A stretch of DNA of 32,000 bases, taken from the sequence record OZ287723.1; one strand, 5' to 3'. Positions 15,739 through 25,850 of this stretch are shown in pieces. Position numbers and translations under genes: made by a program. The notes below the pieces were generated by a model, which saw only the letters and a list, made by a program, of their open reading frames with translations, did not search any database and was not told the DNA's origin. The stretch's first letter is position 1, and every line of letters begins with the position of its first letter.

Positions 15739-17946
15739 CTAACCAAATTTACTCGAAGTAGATGCAATTACAAAAGCAGCATAAGTTAAAATATAGCCTA
15801 CAGTGAAGTGGACTAATCCAACTAAGCGTGCTTGTACAATCGATAAAGCTACAGGTTTATCGTGCCAATTAATTAAATTGGCCAATGGTGTTCGTTCATG
15901 AGCCCATGTGAGTGTTTCTATTAATTCTTGCCAATATCCACGCCACGAAATTAAGAACATAAATCCAGTGGCGTAAACTAAATGTCCAAAAAGGAACATC
16001 CACGCCCAAACAGATAAACTATTCATTCCAAATGGATTATATCCATTAATTAATTGAGATGAATTTAGCCATAAATAATCACGTAGCCAACCCATGAGAT
16101 AAGTTGAAGATTCATTAAATTGATTAACATTTCCCTGCCAAATACCTAAATGTTTCCAATGCCAATAAAATGTAACCCATCCAATTGTATTTAACATCCA
16201 AAATACAGATAAATAAAACGCATCCCATGCTGAGATATCGCAAGTACCTCCCCGACCAGGACCATCACATGGAAAACTATAACCAAAATCTTTTTTATCG
16301 GGCATAAGTTTTGAACCACGGGCATCTAAAGCTCCTTTAACTAAAATAAGAGTTGTGACATGTAAACCTAATGCAATAGCATGATGGACTAGAAAATCCC
16401 CAGGACCAATAATTAAAAATAATGAATTTGCTTTATTATTAATCGCACTTAACCAACCAGGCAGCCAAAGTGTTTGGCTAGCATCATATGCTGGACTTTG
16501 GTCATTTGAAAGAAATACATCGAAACCATAAAGGTTTTTACCATGAGCTGCTTGGATCCACTGTGCAAAAAGTGGTTCAATTAAAATTTGTTTTTCAGGT
16601 GTTCCAAAAGCAAGCATAACATCATTATGAATATAAAGCCCTAAGGTATGAAATCCTAAAAATAAACTTACCCAACTTAAATGTGATATAATTGCTTCTT
16701 TATGGTCTAATATTCGTGCGAGTACATTATTTTTATTTAATATTGGATCATAATCACGAATAAAAAATATAGCTCCATGTGCAAAGGCGCCACACATAAT
16801 AAAACCAGCAATATATTGGTGATGTGTATAAAGTGCTGCTTGTGTTGTAAAATCTTGCGCTAGAAAAGCATAAGCGGGGAGTGAATACATATGCTGCGCA
16901 ACTAATGAACAAATTGTACCTAATGAGGCTAAGGCTAAGCCTAATTGAAAATGTAAAGAATTATTTACTACATCAAATAATCCACTATGTCCAGTACCTA
17001 AACGACCACTTGGAGCAAAATGTATTTCTAAAATTTCTTTAAGACTATGTCCAATTCCAAAATTTGTGCGATACATGTGTCCAGCAATGATGAAAATAAC
17101 CGCAATTGCTAAATGATGATGAGCAATATCTGTTAACCATAAACTTTGTGTTTGGGGATGAAAACCACCAAGAAAAGTTAAAATAGCATCCCCGGAACCT
17201 TCATAAGTTCCGAAAAGATGGCTTCCTGTATCTGGGTTTTGGGAATATGCATTCCAATTCCCTGTAAAAAAGGGTGTTAATCCTTTCGGATGAGGTAACG
17301 TTGTTAAAAAATTAGACCATCGAACCGAAATTCCTCGTGATTGTGGTATAGCTACGTGAACTAAATGCCCAGTCCAAGCAAGTGAACTTATACCAAAAAG
17401 ACCTGCTAAATGATGATTTAATCGAGATTCGGCATTTTTAAACCACCAAAAAGTTGGTTGAAATTTTGGTTGAAGATGTAACCATCCGGCAAATAAAAAT
17501 ACTCCAGAAACAATTAATAAAAAAACGGCACCTTGATAAAGATCTTGATTTGATGTACAACCTATAGTATACCACCATTGATAAACTCCGGAAGTTGCAA
17601 TATTTACAGGACCAGAAGTAGTTCCTCCTCTCGTAAATGCTTCAACCGCAGCTTGGCCAAAATGAGGATCCCAAATAGCATGAGCAATTGGTCTTATATG
17701 CAAAGGGTCTAAGACCCATTGTTCAAAATTTCCCTGCCAAGCCACATGAAATAAATTTCCAGAAGTCCATAAAAAAATAATAGCTAATTGACCAAAATGT
17801 GACGCAAAAATTTTTTGATATAGTGCTTCTTCAGTCATATCATCATGACTTTCAAAATCATGTGCTGTTGCAATACCATACCAAAGACGTCGTGTGGTTG
17901 GATCGTTCGCCAGACTTTGACTAAATTTTGGGAATTTTGTAATCAT
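15739..17946 (-). CDS. psaB: Photosystem I P700 apoprotein A2 (735 aa)
   Basis: Full-length, highly conserved PsaB. The N-terminus is [30 protein letters not shown]. The FX cysteine loop [18 protein letters not shown] is present, and the C-terminus is ..[20 protein letters not shown]. Confidence 0.98.
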   Translation of the reverse strand: MITKFPKFSQSLANDPTTRRLWYGIATAHDFESHDDMTEEALYQKIFASHFGQLAIIFLWTSGNLFHVAWQGNFEQWVLDPLHIRPIAHAIWDPHFGQAAVEAFTRGGTTSGPVNIATSGVYQWWYTIGCTSNQDLYQGAVFLLIVSGVFLFAGWLHLQPKFQPTFWWFKNAESRLNHHLAGLFGISSLAWTGHLVHVAIPQSRGISVRWSNFLTTLPHPKGLTPFFTGNWNAYSQNPDTGSHLFGTYEGSGDAILTFLGGFHPQTQSLWLTDIAHHHLAIAVIFIIAGHMYRTNFGIGHSLKEILEIHFAPSGRLGTGHSGLFDVVNNSLHFQLGLALASLGTICSLVAQHMYSLPAYAFLAQDFTTQAALYTHHQYIAGFIMCGAFAHGAIFFIRDYDPILNKNNVLARILDHKEAIISHLSWVSLFLGFHTLGLYIHNDVMLAFGTPEKQILIEPLFAQWIQAAHGKNLYGFDVFLSNDQSPAYDASQTLWLPGWLSAINNKANSLFLIIGPGDFLVHHAIALGLHVTTLILVKGALDARGSKLMPDKKDFGYSFPCDGPGRGGTCDISAWDAFYLSVFWMLNTIGWVTFYWHWKHLGIWQGNVNQFNESSTYLMGWLRDYLWLNSSQLINGYNPFGMNSLSVWAWMFLFGHLVYATGFMFLISWRGYWQELIETLTWAHERTPLANLINWHDKPVALSIVQARLVGLVHFTVGYILTYAAFVIASTSSKFG

Positions 17947-18053
17947 ATTAAATTTTAAATTAAACTAATTTTTTTATTTTGAGTCATAAAATTAAATCAG
18001 TATTTAGATGCTTGAGGGGTAGTGTACTGGTATTATAATGTACTAAATAGATA

Positions 18054-21000
18054 TTAAAAATATCCAGTACCAATTGGTACTAATTTTCCTAAAATAACAT
18101 TTTGTTTTAATCCCCGAAGAAAATCAGTTTGATTTTGAATTGCAGCTCGACCAAGAATTCGAGTTGTTTCTTGAAAACTTGCGGCTGACAAAAAACTTGA
18201 GGTTTCTAGACAAGTTTTTGTCATTCCGAGTAATATTGGTTCATATTTAATTTGATTTGATGAATAATTTAAATTATTCATTCGATGTACCCACTCAAAT
18301 GCGACAATTTCGCCATGAAGTAATCCTGTTTCACCGGGTTCTAAAATCAAAACATTTGATGTCATTTGTCGAACAATAATTTCAATATGTTTATCTGAAA
18401 TATGTATACCCTGACCACAATAAATACGTTGAATATTATTTATGACTGATGCTTGAAGTTCTTGAAGTCCTTGAAAATTTTCCAATTGTTTCTTCATTTC
18501 TCTTTTAGAAATTTTTTTTAAGAATTCCTGAAAATTATATTTTGATTTTTTTCGAGCCTCGAATACTTCTTCGATTTTAGGAATTCCTTGCACAATATCT
18601 CCAGTTTTTGCTTGATTAAAAAAAATACTATATAAAGGTTGATTTTTATAAATAATTTCACCGTGATAGATATATAAAATACTTTGATCGCTTAAAAGGT
18701 AATTTGTTGTTTTTCTAAATAAAAGAGTATTATAAGTTTTTGCGACTAATAGACCTTCATAATTAGTGGTTAATTCATCTCTTCCAAAGAATGATCCTAG
18801 CATTTGTTGAAAATTATCAATTTCAGAAAATTTCTTACCTAATAAACATAAACACAATTTTTTTCTATTTTGAAAATTATTTATTAGAAATAATTTAATT
18901 TTTTTTTTTTGAAGAGGTAAAAATTTACAGGAAAAATAATTTTCAATATTAGTAAATAAAAAGTTATGTTTTTGTATTTTTACAAGTGGATTTAAAATTT
19001 CACTATTTGTAAAAAATGAAAATAAACGAATAAAAATTGGATTTTCAAAAGAATAAAAAAATTTTTTTTGAATTATTTTTAGGTTAATGTTTTTGATTTT
19101 TGAAAATAAACTTTTATTTTTTTCAGAAAGCAATTGAAATTTTGGAGAATAATATGAAAATAAATGAAAACTTATTGGACGAATATTTAATAATTCGAAT
19201 TTATTTTTATTTGAAAAATAAGGTATTTGAAATTTTAAAAATGGGAAAAATTTCTTTTTTGATTTTTTCTGGTTTATTTTTTTTAAATATTTCCAATCGT
19301 TAAGTATTATTTTTATTTTATTAAATAATGAAAATCTCAAATTTTTCGAAATTTTGAAAAATTTGGTAGCTGGCCCACCAACAGTGGTTTGTTTTTTATT
19401 TATAGAATATAAATAATTTCGATTGTTTATCATAAATGTCCAACATTTGGAAGATGAAACGAAAAGAAAAAAAGTTCTATTAAAATTTTTTTTAAATAAT
19501 TTCGAATATTGTTTTTTTTTTGGTATTAGCGATTTCAAATAACGTATTTTATATTTTTGAAAATTTTTTGAAATTTGATTTTTTTGAAAAATTAAAGATT
19601 TTTTTGAAATAGACTCTACTTGTTCATTATACTTATTTGTTTGAATTTTTAGAAAATTATAAATATTTTTATTTCTTTTAACTGAAAGTTTACGAGAATT
19701 TTTTTTTTTTTGAATATTTTTTCTAAAATTCATAAATTTTTGAACAGGTTTTTGAGGTTTTCTATTCAGAAAACGAATTTTAAAATTTTTAAGAAAAGAA
19801 AAATTTTTTAATAAAAAACAATATGTATTCAAATAAAAATTAATCGTTTTTTGTTGAATTTTTGTTAAATCAACTTTAATCAAATTTCTTTGAGAAATGA
19901 TGGAATGTGGTAAAATTTTTTCTAATATAAAAATATTTTCTTGTTTCACATTACTAAAATTTTTTAAAGAAGGAAAAATTATAAAATCTTTATTTCTTAA
20001 AGGTAAATTTTTTTTTTTCTTTTTTTGAATAAAATTTTTTAAATATGTTGAAGAGCCAGTTTCCGATTTATGGCCAAAAAAACACCATTTTTCTTGGATA
20101 ATATTGGATGAAAGTTTTTTATTTTCTTTGCGTTTGCGAAACCAACGCCGATTTTTTCTGAAATAAAGAAGAATTCTAATATATACATTATCACCAATTT
20201 TTAACTGATTTTGTTTTTTTTGAAATTTACAAAAATAATATTTGTATTGATGTGGAAAAATTTTTCTTAAAAAAATTGCCGCAAAAATATATTGAGAAGT
20301 TGAGATATTTTTCCAATGAAGAATTCTTGGTTTAACTTGAAAATTTTGTCGAATACAATTTGAACAAAAATTTTTTAAAAAATTTTTGGGAAATACAGAG
20401 TTCAAAAAGTTTTCTTTATTTAATTGAAAAGTTCGATTTGAATTTGTTGTAGAATAAATTGTTTTAGTTCTATATTTGTAAATTCCTTGCCGATTAATAA
20501 AAAAAATAAATAAGTTTTGATTTATTTTTTTATGTTTGTGTTGAATTTGAAATGAAAATATAGAAAAAACATGATAAGAAGTATTAATTAAATATTTTGT
20601 AATTTTTTCCCAGAGCGTAATAGGTGGCATATTCCATAATTGAGGAAAATTTATAATTTCACGGAACGTGAATCTAGTTGTTAAAAATTTTGCATTCAAA
20701 ATTGGCCTTGTAGATAAATAACCTAGATTTTTAAAAAAAATTGGAACCTCCGAAACTTGTTTTACAAAATATTTATTGGGATGACTCAGAACAATTTGTC
20801 TAAAAGGAATGGATTTATCTGTTAAATCTAATTCTTGGAAAAAACAATTTCTTTGTTTTTTCCAAATCGATAAAAATTGTGCTGATAAAATCCAAAACTT
20901 ATTAATACCCTGAAGGCAATTAGTTTGTTTTCGTTTCAAAAAATCAAATTTTGTTTTTTCAAATAAAACAAAATTTTCAACATATATTTCACCTGAAGTT

Positions 21001-22352
21001 AAAGATAAAACAGTTTGTTCATTTTCGAATTCGAAATTATTTTCGTTTTCAAAAAAAGGAATTTCTGCCATTAACTGTGTTTGAAGTATATCTTCACCTT
21101 CTTTGACATACAAAAGACTCCCATTTTGAAAATTAAATTTTATCTTTTTTTGTTGACTTTTTTTTATTTGAAAAGTTCCGTTATTTTTAGTCAAATAGGC
21201 TATTTTCCCTTGTTGTGTTCGAATTAAAAATCCAATACACGAAAATAAATACTTAATTTTTCCTGTACAAGGTGCGTATATTTTATCCAAAAGTACTCCA
21301 GTAAAAACTCCTCCTGTGTGAAATGTCCGCATTGTAAGTTGAGTTCCCGGTTCTCCAATAGATTGCGCTGCTAATATACCCACAGCCTCACCTATAGATA
21401 CTAATTGACCTTCCGCTAAATTCCAACCATAACAAAATTGACAAATAAATCGATTCGATTTACAAGTGAGAGGAGAACGAATTTGAACTTTTTGTCGAAC
21501 TTCACAAATTTTTTGACTAACTTTTTTTGAAATTTCTTGGTTTTTTAAACCAATAATGACACATTTTGATGGACAATAAATTTGTTCAGCTAAAATGCGA
21601 CCGATTAAACGTTGTTTTAAAGATAATATTTTTTTCTGTTTATTATCATATAAATCTTCAATAATAATGCCACGAGAATCATTACAATCAATTTGACTTA
21701 CTATCACGTGGTGTGCAACATCAACCAATCTTCGAGTTAAATAACCTGAAGCTGCAGTACGTAACGCTGTATCAACAATTCCTTTTCGAGCTCCAGAACA
21801 AGAGATAAGATATTCTGTTAATGTTAAACCTTCTCGAAAATTACTACGTATTGGAAAATCAATAATTTGTCCTTGGGGATCAGCCATAAGTCCCCGCATA
21901 CCAACAAGCTGACGTATTTGTGAGATGTTTCCTCGAGCCCCGGAAAAAGACATAAAATAAACTGGATTAAAAAAATCGAAAAATTTAAAAGATTCTAATA
22001 CTTGATTTTTTAATTTTTCACTTGTACGATTCCAAATCTCTAAGGTACCCTGATAATGTTCAATTGCTGTTAAATTTCCTATTACAAGATCGAAGTCAGT
22101 TTTGAAAATTTCATTTTCCGAAGCTAATAAAGTATATGATTTTGATTTCGGAATTCTCAAATCATCGATACTAATTGAAAATCCGGCTTCTGTTGCAGAA
22201 TGAAAACCGAGAAGTTTAATTTTTTCCAAAAATTTTAGAAGTCTATAATGTCCATGATGATTCTTTTTCAAAAACCAATGAAGAAAGCTATTAAATCGTC
22301 GTTTATCAAAACACTGATTAAAAAAAATTACAGGAGTTAATTTATATTTCAT
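18054..22352 (-). CDS. rpoC2: RNA polymerase beta'' subunit (1432 aa) with a large low-complexity insertion
   Basis: The conserved N-terminal third includes GFHSATEAGFSISIDDL, MSFSGARGN..QIRQLVGMRGLMADPQG, TEYLISCSGARKG.VDTALRTA.SGYLTRRLVDV and IGEPGTQLTMRTFHTGGVF. The conserved C-terminus includes DIVQGIPKIEEVFEAR, ..HIEIIVRQMTS.V and SFQETTRIL..AA...TD.LRGLKQNVILG.L.P.GTG. Confidence 0.95.
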   Translation of the reverse strand: MKYKLTPVIFFNQCFDKRRFNSFLHWFLKKNHHGHYRLLKFLEKIKLLGFHSATEAGFSISIDDLRIPKSKSYTLLASENEIFKTDFDLVIGNLTAIEHYQGTLEIWNRTSEKLKNQVLESFKFFDFFNPVYFMSFSGARGNISQIRQLVGMRGLMADPQGQIIDFPIRSNFREGLTLTEYLISCSGARKGIVDTALRTAASGYLTRRLVDVAHHVIVSQIDCNDSRGIIIEDLYDNKQKKILSLKQRLIGRILAEQIYCPSKCVIIGLKNQEISKKVSQKICEVRQKVQIRSPLTCKSNRFICQFCYGWNLAEGQLVSIGEAVGILAAQSIGEPGTQLTMRTFHTGGVFTGVLLDKIYAPCTGKIKYLFSCIGFLIRTQQGKIAYLTKNNGTFQIKKSQQKKIKFNFQNGSLLYVKEGEDILQTQLMAEIPFFENENNFEFENEQTVLSLTSGEIYVENFVLFEKTKFDFLKRKQTNCLQGINKFWILSAQFLSIWKKQRNCFFQELDLTDKSIPFRQIVLSHPNKYFVKQVSEVPIFFKNLGYLSTRPILNAKFLTTRFTFREIINFPQLWNMPPITLWEKITKYLINTSYHVFSIFSFQIQHKHKKINQNLFIFFINRQGIYKYRTKTIYSTTNSNRTFQLNKENFLNSVFPKNFLKNFCSNCIRQNFQVKPRILHWKNISTSQYIFAAIFLRKIFPHQYKYYFCKFQKKQNQLKIGDNVYIRILLYFRKNRRWFRKRKENKKLSSNIIQEKWCFFGHKSETGSSTYLKNFIQKKKKKNLPLRNKDFIIFPSLKNFSNVKQENIFILEKILPHSIISQRNLIKVDLTKIQQKTINFYLNTYCFLLKNFSFLKNFKIRFLNRKPQKPVQKFMNFRKNIQKKKNSRKLSVKRNKNIYNFLKIQTNKYNEQVESISKKSLIFQKNQISKNFQKYKIRYLKSLIPKKKQYSKLFKKNFNRTFFLFVSSSKCWTFMINNRNYLYSINKKQTTVGGPATKFFKISKNLRFSLFNKIKIILNDWKYLKKINQKKSKKKFFPFLKFQIPYFSNKNKFELLNIRPISFHLFSYYSPKFQLLSEKNKSLFSKIKNINLKIIQKKFFYSFENPIFIRLFSFFTNSEILNPLVKIQKHNFLFTNIENYFSCKFLPLQKKKIKLFLINNFQNRKKLCLCLLGKKFSEIDNFQQMLGSFFGRDELTTNYEGLLVAKTYNTLLFRKTTNYLLSDQSILYIYHGEIIYKNQPLYSIFFNQAKTGDIVQGIPKIEEVFEARKKSKYNFQEFLKKISKREMKKQLENFQGLQELQASVINNIQRIYCGQGIHISDKHIEIIVRQMTSNVLILEPGETGLLHGEIVAFEWVHRMNNLNYSSNQIKYEPILLGMTKTCLETSSFLSAASFQETTRILGRAAIQNQTDFLRGLKQNVILGKLVPIGTGYF

Positions 22353-25048
22353 AATAAATTTTGATAAAATTTCAATTGACCATAAGTAGTTCTTATTTTT
22401 CTTAATATTTCAGCTCCACTAAAATGGTATTGTTGACATAATTCATGTCGGAATTTTTGAAAATTTCCATCGGAATTCAAACGAATTTCAATTAATTTTT
22501 GTATTTTTTTTTCTGTTTCATATCCACTTATATAAGGGTTTAAGCTGCACCAAACAAAATTTTGATTAGTAATACGAGGTAAATTCTTAGAAAAATAAAT
22601 TAAAGCAATATTTGATAATAAAATATCTCGAGTTTGTTTGGAAAACATTTTTTTAGATGTTGTAGAAAAAAAAGGTTTTTTAAAAAGAAGATTTTTTAAA
22701 AATTCAAATGAAACTTTTTCAGTCCATATTCTGCGAATATTTTTAATTGTTAAAAATGAACTTCCTAAAATCATATCTTGACTTGGAGAACATGTTGGTG
22801 CATGAGTCGCAATCGAAAAAAGATTATTTTGGGACCAATTTATTTTCCAAGCTTCTGCTTGTGCTTGAAAAGATAAAGGGATATGAACACCCATTTGATC
22901 ACCATCAAAATCGGCATTAAAAGCAGCACACACTAATGGATGTAATAAAATCGCTTTACCGTCAATTAATTTTGGCTTAAATGTTTGAATACTTAAACGA
23001 TGGAGGGTTGGTGCTCTATTTAATAATATTGGATGACTTTGAACAATTTCTTTAAGCAAATTATAAATAAATTTTGTTTTTTTATTTAATAATTTTTTTG
23101 CTCCTACAATTGTTTTTGCTTGCTTTTTTAACATTAAAACTTTGAGTAAAAACGGCTGAAATAACTCAAATGCAATTTCTTCTGGTAAACCACATTCATA
23201 TATTTTTAGCGACGGACCTACAACAATAACAGATCTTCCAGAATAATCGACACGTTTACCTAATAAATTTTGTCTAAAACGCCCTTTTTTACCTTTAAAT
23301 AAATCCGATAAAGATTTTAAGTCAGCATTTTTTTTCCCAAAGATATCAATATCGTTATCAGCATCAGCATCAGCATCAGCATCAGCATCAATATCAGTAT
23401 TAGTAAAAACGTCAGTATTCGAATCAACGCTAACATTAATGTTTTGGTTTGAATTTTTATTTTTTGTATTAAGTTTTATATTAGTTTCTGCAGTTTCTGT
23501 AGTTTCCGCAGTTTCTGTAGTTTCCGCAGTTTCTGTAGTTTCCGCAGTTTCTGTAGTTTCCGCAGTTTCTGTAGTTTCCGCAGTTTCTGTAGTTTCCGCA
23601 GTTTCTGTAGTTTCCGCAGTTTCTGTAGTTTCTGCAGTTTCTGCAGTAATTTCATTATCAATTAAAGAATTAATCGACTCTTGTAATAATCTTTGTGAAT
23701 ATTGTATAGCTTCTGAATTCAAACAATGAAAATTTGAATCAAATTTTATTATATATAAAAGCCTTTTATTTCTAAAAATAACGTTTTGATAAAGTTTATT
23801 CAAATCTGATACAGCAAGTTCATTCTTACTATCAATAAGATTTTTATTACTTTTGTTTAACATTACTATAGGACGTAAATTAGGTGGTAAAACTGGAAAT
23901 ACACTTAAAATCATAGAAGCTGGGTTTGTTTGATTATATCGAAAAGATCTTAAATATTTTAAACGACGATAAAGGTGAATTTTATATAAAAATAATTCAA
24001 AAGAGGGTTTGAAATATCTTAATTTAAATAAGTCAAATTGAATTTGAATCTCTAGTAATTTTTCATCACTATAATTATATTGTATTAATTGAGTAAGCCA
24101 TGTTCGCATTATTTGAGCTCCTGTTAAACAAAATAATTGAGATTCAGATTTCCATAAATGCACAATTCCTGGAGGGCCTAGATAAAATTTTTTCAACCGA
24201 TCTTTTTTTTGTGGAAATTTTACAAAAAAAAAAACGAAAGAAAGCCATTCGGGAATAGTGTGCCAACTGAACATTTTCGAAATTACGCTAAAACCAAAAA
24301 AAAGAGCAGAATCTTTTAGACCACCATTTTTCCAAATAGATTTTTTGTATATTTTTTTTAGAGGTTGCATTTGAACATCATATTGGATTTGCCAATTAAA
24401 TAATAAATACTCAATTTGATGTTCTTCTTGTTTTTCAAAATTCCAAAATTTTGAAAATCTCCGAAATTTCAAGTTAAAATTTAAAATATCTGAAGAAGCA
24501 AAAGTAGTACGACGCAATAAAAGTGGTTTAAAATCCTTCTCACAAGGCGATAATGGGAGCAAAAAAGGTCTAAGTTCTTTCTTTATCTTTAGATTAAAGG
24601 GCAAAGGTTTGAGTTCTTTTGGAAAAATTGTCCGTGAAATATTTTGAGTACAATAAAGCAAAGATTCAATTTTTTTTTTTGGCAAATTTAAAAACAAAGA
24701 AAAATAGTTGCCCTTTAAAAACCAAGTATGTGCAACAGCGGAAATAAATTGAATATAACCCAAACGATACCGTCGAACACGTGATGAAATGTACTCCACT
24801 TCACATTGAGGACAAAATTTATGTCCTCGTTGTGAACTGATTCCACATGCACAAATATAATCATTAACTGGCCCGAAAATACGTTCACAAAACAGTCCAT
24901 CTTTTTCGGGTTTTAGTGTTTGATAATTAATTGTTTTCGAACTTGATATTTGACCATTAATTATTTTTCCATTTGATAAATATCGTCGAGCCCATTTTCT
25001 TATCATTTCACTTGTTGCTAAACGTAAACGAATTGCTTTGAATTTCAT
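22349..25048 (-). CDS. rpoC1: RNA polymerase beta' subunit (899 aa) with insertions
   Basis: Conserved blocks include LKPEKDGLFCERIFGP, the zinc-finger C.CG....H.FC..C.VE, KGKKGRFRQNLLGKRVDYSGRSVIVVGP, NRAPTLHRLSIQ.F.P and the catalytic NADFDGDQM. The stop codon overlaps the rpoC2 start (ATGA). Confidence 0.95.
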   Translation of the reverse strand: MKFKAIRLRLATSEMIRKWARRYLSNGKIINGQISSSKTINYQTLKPEKDGLFCERIFGPVNDYICACGISSQRGHKFCPQCEVEYISSRVRRYRLGYIQFISAVAHTWFLKGNYFSLFLNLPKKKIESLLYCTQNISRTIFPKELKPLPFNLKIKKELRPFLLPLSPCEKDFKPLLLRRTTFASSDILNFNLKFRRFSKFWNFEKQEEHQIEYLLFNWQIQYDVQMQPLKKIYKKSIWKNGGLKDSALFFGFSVISKMFSWHTIPEWLSFVFFFVKFPQKKDRLKKFYLGPPGIVHLWKSESQLFCLTGAQIMRTWLTQLIQYNYSDEKLLEIQIQFDLFKLRYFKPSFELFLYKIHLYRRLKYLRSFRYNQTNPASMILSVFPVLPPNLRPIVMLNKSNKNLIDSKNELAVSDLNKLYQNVIFRNKRLLYIIKFDSNFHCLNSEAIQYSQRLLQESINSLIDNEITAETAETTETAETTETAETTETAETTETAETTETAETTETAETTETAETTETAETNIKLNTKNKNSNQNINVSVDSNTDVFTNTDIDADADADADADNDIDIFGKKNADLKSLSDLFKGKKGRFRQNLLGKRVDYSGRSVIVVGPSLKIYECGLPEEIAFELFQPFLLKVLMLKKQAKTIVGAKKLLNKKTKFIYNLLKEIVQSHPILLNRAPTLHRLSIQTFKPKLIDGKAILLHPLVCAAFNADFDGDQMGVHIPLSFQAQAEAWKINWSQNNLFSIATHAPTCSPSQDMILGSSFLTIKNIRRIWTEKVSFEFLKNLLFKKPFFSTTSKKMFSKQTRDILLSNIALIYFSKNLPRITNQNFVWCSLNPYISGYETEKKIQKLIEIRLNSDGNFQKFRHELCQQYHFSGAEILRKIRTTYGQLKFYQNLL
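23357..23390. repeat. In-frame hexanucleotide repeat (atcagc, about 5.5 units) inside rpoC1
   Basis: atcagcatcagcatcagcatcagcatcagcatca encodes DADADADADAD in the rpoC1 frame. Confidence 0.9.
23484..23647. repeat. In-frame 18-bp tandem repeat (about 9 units, 9-bp subperiod) inside rpoC1
   Basis: The plus-strand unit is gtttctgtagtttccgca, reiterated from 23484 to 23647. In the rpoC1 frame it encodes (TAETTE)n. Confidence 0.95.
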
Positions 25049-25059
25049 AAATAAAATTT

Positions 25060-25455
25060 TTAACGTTTCGAGTATTGTGGTGCTTTGCGTGCTTTCTTTA
25101 AACCATATTTTCGACGCTCTTTAACTCGTGAATCTTGTGTAAGCAAATTTTTTTTTTTTAAAATATTCATTGAAATTTCCATTTGGTAGAATGTTCGAGC
25201 TAGAGCTAAACAAATTGCTTTTTTTTGACCCGTATTTCCTCCACCGAAAATTTGAATTTTTATATTCAAAGGATAAGGAGGTATATCATCGAAAGTTAAG
25301 AATTGCCGAATACTATCAATCGCATTTTTATCATTTTGAAAATAATTAGAAACAGTTTTATTATTAATAATAATTGTTGTTGTTTCTATTTCTGTTTTTG
25401 TAATAAAAACTTTTGCTATTGCTGATTTATGACGACCTATTCCATAATATTTCAT
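25060..25455 (-). CDS. rps9: Ribosomal protein S9 (131 aa)
   Basis: The N-terminus [15 protein letters not shown] and the blocks GGG.TGQ..AI.LALAR and [25 protein letters not shown], including the C-terminus, are typical of uS9. Confidence 0.93.
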   Translation of the reverse strand: MKYYGIGRHKSAIAKVFITKTEIETTTIIINNKTVSNYFQNDKNAIDSIRQFLTFDDIPPYPLNIKIQIFGGGNTGQKKAICLALARTFYQMEISMNILKKKNLLTQDSRVKERRKYGLKKARKAPQYSKR

Positions 25456-25497
25456 AGTTTTTTTTAAACAAAATTCATAAAAAATTTTATAAGCTTC

Positions 25498-25571
25498 AGC
25501 CTATTACTAGAATTGAACTAGTAACCTCCCGCGTATGAAACGGATACTCTTACCAATTGAGCTAAATAGGC
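25498..25571 (-). tRNA. trnM: tRNA-Met (CAU), elongator-type by similarity (a lysidine-modified tRNA-Ile(CAU) cannot be strictly excluded)
   Basis: The reverse complement is GCCTATTTAGCTCAATTGGTAAGAGTATCCGTTTCATACGCGGGAGGTTACTAGTTCAATTCTAGTAATAGGCT. It has acceptor gcctatt/aataggc and anticodon loop uuCAUac. The GAGTAT..GTTTCATACG.GGGAG core resembles plastid elongator trnM. Confidence 0.8.
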
Positions 25572-25587
25572 CTCTTATTTGCTTTTT

Positions 25588-25674
25588 TGTTGCTACCCGG
25601 ACTTGAACCGGGATTGACGTAGAACGTCAGCAGACCCCTCAAGCCTGTGTGTCTACCTATTTCACCATAACAAC
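25588..25674 (-). tRNA. trnL: tRNA-Leu (GAG), long variable arm
   Basis: The reverse complement is GTTGTTATGGTGAAATAGGTAGACACACAGGCTTGAGGGGTCTGCTGACGTTCTACGTCAATCCCGGTTCAAGTCCGGGTAGCAACA. It has acceptor gttgtta/tagcaac, anticodon stem caggc/gtctg, loop uuGAGgg, and T arm cccgg-ttcaagt-ccggg. Confidence 0.85.
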
Positions 25675-25685
25675 AAAAAGATTTT

Positions 25686-25805
25686 TTAGAACAAGTTTTT
25701 TTGACGAGACAAAATTTTTTGAACATTAGAAAAAGCTTTTTTTTTCCAAAAAGTTTTACGAGACCGAGACTTAGATTTTGAAATACGTTTTTTTGGTACA
25801 GACAT
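25686..25805 (-). CDS. rpl32: Ribosomal protein L32 (39 aa)
   Basis: Hand translation of the minus strand from ATG (25805) to TAA (25686-25688) gives MSVPKKRISKSKSRSRKTFWKKKAFSNVQKILSRQKNLF. The bL32 N-terminal signature M.VPKKR.SKSK...R...W is present. It is below the ORF-track cutoff. Confidence 0.9.
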   Translation of the reverse strand: MSVPKKRISKSKSRSRKTFWKKKAFSNVQKILSRQKNLF

Positions 25806-25850
25806 ATTTTTTTACTCTAACAAATTGAATAAAAAAAAGCAAATATAATT

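Noticed and set aside
15726-15767. Longer psbZ start ([14 protein letters not shown]...) as given in the ORF track.
   Set aside because: It would overlap the psaB 3' end, and the extra residues have no counterpart in PsbZ. The internal ATG gives a protein of canonical size.
17947-18053. Possible regulatory hairpin in the psaB-rpoC2 spacer (tagtgtac...gtacta).
   Set aside because: Only about 6 imperfect base pairs can form, which is not distinguishable from chance.
19100-19303. A plus-strand 67-aa ORF inside rpoC2.
   Set aside because: It is antisense to the rpoC2 low-complexity insertion, has no motifs, and is probably a chance ORF.
23439-23729. Plus-strand ORF (SAVSVV)n and an alternative-frame minus-strand ORF (LQKLRK)n over the rpoC1 repeat.
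   Set aside because: A stop-free 18-bp tandem repeat is open in several frames by construction. Only the rpoC1 frame connects conserved polymerase blocks.
24715-24900. A 61-aa alternative-frame minus-strand ORF within rpoC1.
   Set aside because: It overlaps the highly conserved N-terminal RpoC1 zinc-finger region in another frame, with no independent support.
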